Origin: Nemertoderma westbladi
Taxonomy: Eukaryota > Animalia > Xenacoelomorpha
Assembly (NCBI GenBank): GCA_032718475.1
Contig: JAUCBJ010007095.1
Coordinates: 1-49,463 of the forward strand
Reading direction: 5' to 3'
Length of the DNA: 49,463 nt
Positions 11,101 to 18,663 of the stretch are shown piece after piece. Below the pieces are notes generated by a model that saw only the letters and a list, made by a program, of their open reading frames with translations, was not told where the DNA came from and did not search any database. Both the position numbers and the translations under genes were made by a program. Each line of letters opens with the position of its first letter. The stretch's first letter is position 1.

Positions 11101-12167
11101 TGCTGACGCAATTTGATAAAGAGTTTTATCATTTACATTTGAAACTGTTAAAATTTTATATAAAACATGGATTAATTGTTACTAAGCTCCATAAATTATA
11201 TTCTTTTCAACAAGAATTTGTATTTAAAAATTACATAGATTTTAATATTAATCAAAGGCGCCTAGCAAAAAGTTACATTGAAACTGCTGTCGCGAAATTG
11301 CTCAATAATTCACTGTTTGGCAAATCAATAGAGAGGATACGTGACCGATGTAACTTTCGTATCGCAAATAGCAACGATAAATGCGATCAATTGGTAAATC
11401 GTATTAATCATGAACAATTTATAATATACAATAATACATTATCGGGACATTTATTAGTGAAAGACTCTGTAACTCTCGATAAGCCTATATTTATTGGTAG
11501 CGCTGTGTTGGACTTGGCTAAATTGGATATGTATGAGCTGTTTTACAATAAATTGCTACCTATTGAGAAAGAATTAAACTGTCGTATTGAAATTGCTGCA
11601 TCAGACACTGACTCTTTGATAGGTTGTTATTATAATACATCGCAGAATAATTTTTTAAAAGCATTAATTAAAAATAATATTTTAGATACTTCCAATTACC
11701 CTAAGGATCACCCTCTCTACAGCGATAAAAATAAATCCCAACTCTATTACTGTAAAGACGAACTAGCCTCACGTGAAATTAAACAAGCAGTATTTTTAAG
11801 ACCAAAATTATATTCAATTTTGGAATGGAATAACAAAAATATTCGTAGAGCAAAAGGTATTACAAGAGCTGTTGTGGAAACGAATATTACACATGAAGAA
11901 TATTTAAAAGCCTATAACTCAAATGAAGAAATAAAAAAAAACATACACAGATTTCAATCTAAATTACATCGTATTTATACCTTAAAGCAAAATAAATTTG
12001 CACTCAGTAGCTTTGACGATAAACTTTATTGGGTTAATAAAAATCATTCGCTTCCTTGGGGGCACTATAAAACAAACCTCAAAAAACCTATAAAAATATC
12101 AAATATACCAATTTATGAAGAACCAAAAGACGATGGTATTGATGATGAATTATCAAATAGTAAATAA
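8109..12167 (+). CDS. polB: Protein-primed family B DNA polymerase with N-terminal Zn fingers and an endonuclease-VII/HNH-like insertion
   Basis: Exo motifs FDIEC, HNSNNYD and YLKLD; RKGVFPYEY; IRGG; DFNSLY; KLLNNSLFGK; DTDS; RPKLY; AKG; CxxC...RHHSHITGKY...CNSCN insertion; GSGW upstream. Confidence 0.97.
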   Translation: MDKITICCSFCHMNVTRHNYLRHLRSHFESYSCLKCHVVTSCSEICKRHETTTGCKEMEFRTYQLTCSTCNKEYTYDNYLRHDCHLKCYYTRKRKFPQHKNIISRKNLRVALGTCATIFTREQEAHDNRLEIYVHDLPTSRDYPDVETAVTQIRGNILQLILDRLKEMNVLRLWLGLNVLMYRSHFSEGEQLETFYFNSSGGAINTVDSPQSFDTWFEHVLGNILQKIAIFNTRGSGWRIKSLLRVEIKLAESKCRSLLYKGHGYMELPKALACKRCVINVQSADNDCFKWAIISAKFSSKVKNNKQHTSSYKNYMTHFIFDNGNKDYPTEWQLAIKLFEKQNSKYIINLLCWNNDNKRTPVSILRQPPFSKITPDKQLLNILLVVKNNNVPKLNHYVCITNLNRLLNTRALHIRNRKYCERCLTHFFRAEVLHRHRLACYQGRSQREKLPNKKRTHISFTNLDRTLSPLFVTYFDIECILQPSVNNQIIQEHIPCAVSYLIVPNTELIDAPKCHLKTFVKSNNNNCIQDFLDSLYTDLTELCCWSEIYTHKTMSFTNIDFVNFEQAKFCFYCNVTLNNNVGKNRHHSHITGKYIAAACNSCNRSLSLKRYLYVLCGHNSNNYDIHCILQSGFRDKKYTDWDIKVIPRNTERYISLSAFIPIKNTSKKIELRFLDTYQFLSFSLSNLVECSTKDVASHDISSILPITLQEMKYFYPNLNNSTIKRKGVFPYEYLTDINKFNDTGLPSINNFFSNLSQKTCTIEDYRFAGISWVEFDCVNLKDYLLAYLKLDVCLLADIFENFRNVCKQNYDLEAVFYCSIASFTYDCALKYNKCKIELIKDYQTYRDFEKSIRGGVSFCRKHYIESNIPGTSTYDSTKEECHIFNIDFNSLYSGNLSKKLPTSQFKEVSIKHLENAIPEKLIEYLVDLDIDGSTGYFLICDLNYPKAIHDQTLQLPLAPEHLSINETMLSPYMQEQFNNLSIQRGTSRKYRMSTPKLLLTQFDKEFYHLHLKLLKFYIKHGLIVTKLHKLYSFQQEFVFKNYIDFNINQRRLAKSYIETAVAKLLNNSLFGKSIERIRDRCNFRIANSNDKCDQLVNRINHEQFIIYNNTLSGHLLVKDSVTLDKPIFIGSAVLDLAKLDMYELFYNKLLPIEKELNCRIEIAASDTDSLIGCYYNTSQNNFLKALIKNNILDTSNYPKDHPLYSDKNKSQLYYCKDELASREIKQAVFLRPKLYSILEWNNKNIRRAKGITRAVVETNITHEEYLKAYNSNEEIKKNIHRFQSKLHRIYTLKQNKFALSSFDDKLYWVNKNHSLPWGHYKTNLKKPIKISNIPIYEEPKDDGIDDELSNSK

Positions 12168-12693
12168 AAATATAAGTTGTCGGCAAGTGTTAGCGATTAA
12201 TTTTAAAGAATTAAAAAATCAATTATCTGGTAAACACATACTCAAACCAAATCAGTTTATATATAAGATATTTGGTGCCACATTATTAATATTTAAAAAT
12301 GGTCGTATTACATTATTAGGCAGTAAGTATAATTTCCAAAAAGTAAAAAAACATATATTTGATAAAACTAGTATTAATTTGATTTTAAAATCTGTTAATT
12401 TATGTACTTATATTTTTAGTATTAAGTCTGTAGTCTATAGGTTATTGATAAACAATACAGGGTTTTATGTTGTCTTTGATAATGTGCAACTTCAAGTTAT
12501 ATATGAACCTGAAATATTCAATAACTGTAAAGTCAGAATAAATAATAATGTTGTTGTTTGCTGCTTCTACACCGGTAAATGTACATTAATGTGTTCCCCG
12601 TTTAAATTTCATATATATTACCCTATATTCAACAAACTGGTTAATAATTTATTATTGTTTGGTGCGAGGGTTTTTGTTGTAAAATATAATTAG
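12115..12693 (+). CDS. Divergent TATA-box-binding protein (TBP)-like protein
   Basis: Two TBP-type repeats: IVN...INFKEL...ATLLIFKNGRITLLGSK and SVN...YEPEIF...VVCCFYTGKCTLM, compared with TBP LQNIV...TALIFSSGKMVCTGAK and IQN...YEPELF...LLIFVSGKVVLTG. Core-TBP size. Overlaps the polB stop; the true start may be the Met at 12142 or 12145. Confidence 0.82.
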   Translation: MKNQKTMVLMMNYQIVNKNISCRQVLAINFKELKNQLSGKHILKPNQFIYKIFGATLLIFKNGRITLLGSKYNFQKVKKHIFDKTSINLILKSVNLCTYIFSIKSVVYRLLINNTGFYVVFDNVQLQVIYEPEIFNNCKVRINNNVVVCCFYTGKCTLMCSPFKFHIYYPIFNKLVNNLLLFGARVFVVKYN

Positions 12694-13378
12694 TGTGAGT
12701 GAAATTTATTGTTGTTGTTGCTGTTTGGTGGTGGAGATTTTTACTAAAATATATATATATATATTAAATTGGTTGGAAAAAATTATGAATATTTTTTTAA
12801 AATCAACAACTAGTTTGAGAGGAAATTAACTTCAGTAGAGCGATTGTTGCTTGTAACACTCAAGTAGGCATAGTATACTCAGAGGCTGTAGCTAGCTAGC
12901 TAGCTAACTCGGCATTGTTGCTCACGAGTGAGTTACAATAGCGCATCTGTTACTTATGAGTGTGTGAGAGTGCGGTAGGCAACGCTAAGCTCGGTGAGAA
13001 AAGATTAGGGCTATGTGCTGGTATTCATAGTCAAAGACGATGCCCTCCTATCTGTTACTAGTCTGAATACCGGTACATATCATTAAAACATTGGCTATGC
13101 ATCTCCCTACATTCAGAATAGAACAACGACCAGAGCATATATCGCTAATCCGCATGGGAAAGGTTTATGTTATGCATTTTGTTAACTATGAGAATTTTGT
13201 AATGTACACATCTGCGACCCTCTACAAAAATATATATAAACTCAATTTTTCTGAAAGTGAACTCTAATTTTGTTAAATAAAAGAAGAAAAAAATATCAGT
13301 AGGCCTACCTATTCAATTTAAAGATACTCTTTCCGGTATCTAGTTACGACGACAACGACAACTTACCTCAATACAAAC

Positions 13379-13801
13379 ATGACATTCGCCTTTTTCAATA
13401 ACCGTGAGTTGACGAGTTGTATCAAAATCGAATTGCAATCAAGCGACGAAACATATCTCGCAGCATCCAATATTGCTGAGATGGAGTTGCGATATATAAA
13501 CAAAAAATTTGAGATCGGGTTTACTTCGATGGAATATGGAGTAGGTCAAGTAGGTGGTCTACCTTTATCGCCTACAACGCTTGAAATTTCAAAAGATTTC
13601 TCGCTTGTTATAAAGATACAACCATCGCGAATATCGGGAAGCTCACCCTCTAGCGAAAATTGGGAGAATGATGTTGATGACTCGCTTCACTTCAATATAC
13701 CAACACAAAGACCGGTAGAAGTTAGCCGGCCTATAAACAACCATTTACAGGTACCGGCAAGGGAGGAAACTCTACAGATGGACCCGCATATAGGACTATA
13801 A
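13379..13801 (+). CDS. Hypothetical Polinton accessory protein (140 aa)
   Basis: ATG ORF with TATATATAAA at ~13231, AATAAA at 13822-13827 and a GT-rich tract downstream. Confidence 0.6.
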   Translation: MTFAFFNNRELTSCIKIELQSSDETYLAASNIAEMELRYINKKFEIGFTSMEYGVGQVGGLPLSPTTLEISKDFSLVIKIQPSRISGSSPSSENWENDVDDSLHFNIPTQRPVEVSRPINNHLQVPAREETLQMDPHIGL

Positions 13802-13821
13802 AAGGTATAGCCTAATACAGT

Positions 13822-13902
13822 AATAAATTTAGGGTTGTTGTTATTGTTATTGTTATTGTTATTGTTATTGTTATTGTTATTGTTATTGTTATTGTTATTG
13901 TT
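13822..13902 (+). terminator. Poly(A) signal AATAAA plus (GTTATT)n GU-rich downstream tract
   Basis: AATAAA 21 bp after the last + strand ORF, followed by a hexanucleotide microsatellite. Confidence 0.45.
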
Positions 13903-14954
13903 AGGCCTATCAGTTATTGTTGCTTATAAAACTTAGTAGACTGAATCTATTTTATATATAATTAAAAAAAAAAGCGAATACATAAATAAACTAACTATGT
14001 TTTATATAGGCCTCCGTCAACATAGAGTGAATGTTAGTAACAGAGAATGTGGTGGATTTTATATAGGCTTAGTTAGGTATACTGCGGGCCACACCTATTG
14101 TATCCGCGTGGAGCCATTATATGACTGGTTGAATGATGGGGTTCCTGACTAAAAGTTAACGGTATAGCATACAACATAAAGTGAATGTTGAAAGTTAGTA
14201 ACAGAGAGTGTGAGGGGATTTTATAGGTCCAATAGCGCTACCGGTACCTAACTACACCTATTGTGTCTGCGAGGTAGTCAGCTTTCAGTTGAGGAGTAGT
14301 CATTAGGCCTATATGCCTAACCGAATGAAGGTGTACCTTACCTATCCGTAAACCATATTGGGTCAACATGCGAAAAAGGGCCCCGCATAAAGTTAACTAT
14401 AGCTGTATAGGCTTACCTATGCAACAGTAGCACGCAGTAATGTAGATTAGACCAATTAAAGTTGTAAACAGAAAATTGGAAGCATTCAAGTGTAATAGCC
14501 TAATCCTTAAATCAAAGAAACCAGTATGCTCTTGCGCTATCCAAGTATACAGGTACAAGAGTGCTACGGTGCTGGTACCAGTAGGCCTATTGTTAGGTAG
14601 GCCTCCTCTAATGCTGTATTCACGAACCCGCATGTCGACTTAATTTAATTTTATTATTAGTAAGTACGGTACCGGTAACGCTAAAGCTCTGTGGTTGCTG
14701 TCGGGGGCCATTCTGCCGTTCTACAGTTTAGCGTTGTTGGCATATGTAGTAAAATCAGATAGCTACTGGTAGTTAAACTCTGATACAACCGCCGGCTACC
14801 GGTAGGTGCAGGGTGTGTGTGTGTGTGTGTGTGTGTGTAAACTTAAGTCCTACACCTTTAGTCAAACTGAGATATAAAAAATAGATTTTAATGTTTTTAT
14901 TATTTTTATTGACATTAAAACAATTATATTATCCCATCACATTACATTACATGC

Positions 14955-15500
14955 TTAGAGTAAACGCTTTCTCATGAAAAAGTGTAGCGCCTCATACCCC
15001 CCAACGCGTTTTGCTGAGCAGTATCGCAGACAGTTATCCCTTATGTTTAAGTGGAACGTGCATTTACTTTCTACTGTAGTGAATCGGTCGTGAAATCGAC
15101 AAGGCGTTAAATAATCGTGATATTGCTTATATATTCCCAATTTCTCCACCGAATTTGGCTCGAGAACATCGAGTTGGGAAACTAATATTGCCCGCTTCAG
15201 CAACCCAAATACATGAATATTTTTTTTATATTTTAAATGTCTCTTCATATATTTTTTAAAGTCATCTTGAGAAATGTCCCCGTAGTCCCAGGGCAAGTGA
15301 GAAGTCATATCCCGTAAATTGTTTACGTGAGCTGCATCTAAAGCTGATAACTTAATATTAGATGGGCCTTTAATTAAAAACGTCTTTACATTAGTTTTGG
15401 TATAATTAGAATCGTATATTGCAAATTCTTTAAATACTACCGGATACTCCTTATTGTCTATCTTATAATATTGAAAATCAACAAAAATAATATTATCCAT
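14955..15500 (-). CDS. DEDD/DnaQ-like (RNase H fold) protein, probably degenerate, of a type seen in Polintons
   Basis: FVDFQ...FKEFAI, HLPWDYGDI, HVFGLLK and C-terminal CxxH...C motifs. Minus-strand AATAAA signals at ~14896-14910. Confidence 0.55.
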   Translation of the reverse strand: MDNIIFVDFQYYKIDNKEYPVVFKEFAIYDSNYTKTNVKTFLIKGPSNIKLSALDAAHVNNLRDMTSHLPWDYGDISQDDFKKYMKRHLKYKKNIHVFGLLKRAILVSQLDVLEPNSVEKLGIYKQYHDYLTPCRFHDRFTTVESKCTFHLNIRDNCLRYCSAKRVGGYEALHFFMRKRLL

Positions 15501-15535
15501 TTTATCTGATAAACAAAAGCAAGCTAAATGATTAA

Positions 15536-15988
15536 TTACAACGCATGTTGGTTTATTTTATAATAATTAACAAGCCATTTATATAATATTATTTCATTTA
15601 TTTCCACATTATTTGTAAACGCTCTCATTGGATAGATTGTGTGAATACGATTTACCAAATAATACAGACAGTACAGACCGCATGTGGTCCTCCTTGGGTC
15701 TTGAAATTGTTTGCGAGTAGTACGCCACCTTGCGGAATTTTTCTCAAGCCATTTTTCGATGCATCTGTTTGGATATTTTGGTCCAAACGAGTCAAATACT
15801 TCGGCCTCATTATCTCGTATATATATCGCGATCCAATGAATCCCAGACAGATGCTCTTTATCGGTATTTACTATCAAGCCATAATCCTGCCGCTTATTAT
15901 TATCTAATTTAGGTAATTTATTAGCTGGAAACGCACCCAAATAGTGGCCACCCACTGGAAACATATCAAGTTCCTCTGTAGATAACAT
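15536..15988 (-). CDS. Adenain-like (Ulp1/C5 family) cysteine maturation protease
   Basis: NTD...GIHW, FDSFG and Q...CGLYC give the His-Asp-Gln-Cys catalytic set. Confidence 0.95.
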   Translation of the reverse strand: MLSTEELDMFPVGGHYLGAFPANKLPKLDNNKRQDYGLIVNTDKEHLSGIHWIAIYIRDNEAEVFDSFGPKYPNRCIEKWLEKNSARWRTTRKQFQDPRRTTCGLYCLYYLVNRIHTIYPMRAFTNNVEINEIILYKWLVNYYKINQHAL

Positions 15989-15990
15989 AC

Positions 15991-17250
15991 TTAATCGATA
16001 TGTATTTCTTTCCTGCTATTTAAACTTAATGATTGATCATAAATATTAAAAACGATTACATTTATGGTTTCAACCAACGGTTCGGCAAATCTTAATTTTA
16101 ATTGGCCGTTAGTATATATCGACGGTTGCGGATCTCTAACGTAGCCGTCGGCGGTTAGGTCCCAGGATAGGATGGGACAATTACCTAAGTAGGTTTCATG
16201 GTCTATATTATTACCTCCATAACCGTTAATATATGTATTAATGTTCTTCATTAATTGAGTATACTCAAAAATATATGTTCCATCTGTAAAATTAGGTTCG
16301 TATATTACACCCCCTACTGGAAGACCGTCTACAATCAGTTCCGCGCGTCTAAGGTTAAAATGTTCAAATTTCAAGGGATTGCTAATTAATTCTCCTGAAT
16401 AAGCGTTATTTGTTATGAAGCCAATAATAACTAATTTGGGTTTTTTACCATCAAATATGTTTGTTTGGGTGTAATTTGTGGTTTGAGCGGGAATAGTAAA
16501 TGTTGTCACCTCCTTTTTTTGAAATTGATATTCAATATCGTAACTCTCTAAACCTTTTAGGTGACTGCTTTCTATTACTGGATTAACCTCCATTCTAGGG
16601 ATTAGAATCTTTATTTCATCTAATTCTAACCGAAGATTTGTCACAGCGTTTGCGTTTGGAGTGATTTTAAAAATAAACGAATTTGATACTTTTCTAAAAT
16701 GCATTCTTAAATCATACCCGGGTTGTATTATTTTAGTTTCAGTATCAAAATCAATTGTCAATCCACTTACAAATTGCATTTGTTTACTAAAGGCATCAGC
16801 AATAGGATGCGCGCCGGGATCAATTTCATTTCCGTGTTCAGATAAAGGTTGATGAAAGCCACCCGCACCCAGTAGCCCATTTTTATCCTCGTAAGTTGTA
16901 AATAATAAATTGGATAAGTACGACTTGTAGAAATAATGGTTATTGCTATTTTCAACCTGCTTCTCATTAAGGTCTATTTTAATATCACTCCACATAGTTT
17001 CAGCGGGGTAATTCAGCATATAAATATGGGAGTTTTCAAGTCGTCTATCCCAGCGTACAGTACATTTTGTAATTAATAACGCGTCTTGCAGTTTCGTATA
17101 GAATTCATTGGATCTCGGTACAAGGAACGTGACCTCCCTAGATTCACTTCTGAGATTAGATACAGGGTAAATTGTTTCATAATGCTTTGCTTTAAATTCA
17201 GTCTGTATTGGCTGTATAGAAAATAAATCTAATTCCTTAATAATTGACAT
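15991..17250 (-). CDS. Major capsid protein (double jelly-roll, hexon-like)
   Basis: ELDLF..PIQT N-terminus, PKLVIIGF...AYSG...NPLKFEHFNL, WDLTAD and LRFAEPL motifs of the Polinton MCP family; 419 aa; adjacent to the protease gene. Confidence 0.92.
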   Translation of the reverse strand: MSIIKELDLFSIQPIQTEFKAKHYETIYPVSNLRSESREVTFLVPRSNEFYTKLQDALLITKCTVRWDRRLENSHIYMLNYPAETMWSDIKIDLNEKQVENSNNHYFYKSYLSNLLFTTYEDKNGLLGAGGFHQPLSEHGNEIDPGAHPIADAFSKQMQFVSGLTIDFDTETKIIQPGYDLRMHFRKVSNSFIFKITPNANAVTNLRLELDEIKILIPRMEVNPVIESSHLKGLESYDIEYQFQKKEVTTFTIPAQTTNYTQTNIFDGKKPKLVIIGFITNNAYSGELISNPLKFEHFNLRRAELIVDGLPVGGVIYEPNFTDGTYIFEYTQLMKNINTYINGYGGNNIDHETYLGNCPILSWDLTADGYVRDPQPSIYTNGQLKLRFAEPLVETINVIVFNIYDQSLSLNSRKEIHID

Positions 17251-17252
17251 TA

Positions 17253-17816
17253 TTAAAAAATACTTTTTTCGCAGTGTTTCAGTTTACCCTTTATTTTTTT
17301 ATTTTTATTACTACGTCGATGATGTATGTTCATAGACATTGGTCTAGCGGGTCGCTTTAAATCTCTATAAACTTTTTCTACAACTGACCTTGTTGACGGT
17401 TTCATTTTATTTAATGCTTTATTAATAACCGTATTAGCCTGCTGATGTAAGACCCGCTTACCTTTTGGTATTACGTGTTGTCTCATAAATTTTGTGGAAA
17501 AAGGTAAAGCTTTCTGTAAAACTTTTTTAGCTAATGGTTTACCAAATTTTTTCAATGTCGATAAGGTGTCTGTAAATATACCTTCTCCGTGTTGATTTGC
17601 CTGCATACCTCTACGATAACGCTGAAAACGACGTTGTTTTAAGTTTGGACCAAATGTGCCAATTTGTTGACCGTAAGGGTCAATATATGAACCACCTCGA
17701 AAAACAGGAACTTGCGTCGAACCTCTGGTACTTCTACCACCTTTAAAAACAGCAAGATTAGAGTCTGAACCACCATATTGAGGTTTACTGTATCTTTGAA
17801 ATAAATCAGAATCCAT
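17253..17816 (-). CDS. Basic virion core/precursor protein with Gly-Gly protease sites and an amphipathic helix
   Basis: QYGG, FKGG, FRGG and QHGEG motifs followed by IFTDTLSTLKKFGKPLAKKVL; Arg/Lys-rich; sits in the conserved position between mCP and MCP. Confidence 0.7.
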   Translation of the reverse strand: MDSDLFQRYSKPQYGGSDSNLAVFKGGRSTRGSTQVPVFRGGSYIDPYGQQIGTFGPNLKQRRFQRYRRGMQANQHGEGIFTDTLSTLKKFGKPLAKKVLQKALPFSTKFMRQHVIPKGKRVLHQQANTVINKALNKMKPSTRSVVEKVYRDLKRPARPMSMNIHHRRSNKNKKIKGKLKHCEKSIF

Positions 17817-17817
17817 T

Positions 17818-18663
17818 TTAATTTATACGTTTAAAGTGTAATGTAATAGATGTTGTCCCGTATTCAAAATTCAAATCTTTTCCTTCTTTGTCTGTTATTT
17901 CAATATGAATGTATGTTATCTTATATGATTTTTTTACAGGGATGTAATGAATTGTATCCTTGACAAATTCTTTATTTATTACGCTACCATATTTCACATC
18001 ATCAGGTATCGCAACACGACGAAGTAAAGCTAAACCAAAATCGTTAATATATTGATTTTCAATTATATTAGTAGTCACGTACATGTTCGACTTAGGTTCT
18101 GGAATAGAATTGGGTGGTTGAGGGCATAAAAATACCATCTGGTAAGCTTTTTCTCCATTTCCGATAACCTTTATTAAATAACCCTTTATATTATTTTTCG
18201 TCTTCAAAATAATTTTAAAATTTGGATTTAAATTCACGCCGAGATTATTTTCAGTAATTCCAAAATAATAGGCTAATTGTTGACCTATAAATAACTCTCG
18301 CACAGTTTTCCCTAAAATAAATTGCAACCTATTTTGCTGAGTATTTTCAACTATTTGTAATTTATCTTTCAACGCCCCCGTGTTAAAATAATCTATAATG
18401 TCATTGATACTGTAGAACAAACCGGATGGAAGTGTATCCTCAAAATTTTTTTTTCCTTTTTTTAATAAAATAACATTCTCTACATTGTTATACATGGACG
18501 GCAACGTAGCTAAGTAAAATATACTTTTTATACCTACCACCCAGTTTTCGTTTGGGTTTATAGTTAAGGCGCCATGGAAATTTATCTGATAATTACTAGC
18601 GCTATTGCGGGGAAAATCAATTGGACAGAAATTACTTGGTAGTCTTACGTAGAATTCATCCAT
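17818..18663 (-). CDS. Minor capsid protein (penton-like), paralogue 2
   Basis: FYVRLPSN...N..SNY, WVVGIKSIFY, MYVTTNII...LLRRV, YIPV and ITDKEG...F...TSITLHFKR. The ATG at 18663 overlaps the upstream stop. Confidence 0.88.
   Translation of the reverse strand: MDEFYVRLPSNFCPIDFPRNSASNYQINFHGALTINPNENWVVGIKSIFYLATLPSMYNNVENVILLKKGKKNFEDTLPSGLFYSINDIIDYFNTGALKDKLQIVENTQQNRLQFILGKTVRELFIGQQLAYYFGITENNLGVNLNPNFKIILKTKNNIKGYLIKVIGNGEKAYQMVFLCPQPPNSIPEPKSNMYVTTNIIENQYINDFGLALLRRVAIPDDVKYGSVINKEFVKDTIHYIPVKKSYKITYIHIEITDKEGKDLNFEYGTTSITLHFKRIN

Noticed and set aside
14397-14633. 78-aa minus-strand ORF in the Polinton centre
   Set aside because: No motifs, and it lies downstream of the minus-strand poly(A) signals; the region is better explained as non-coding.
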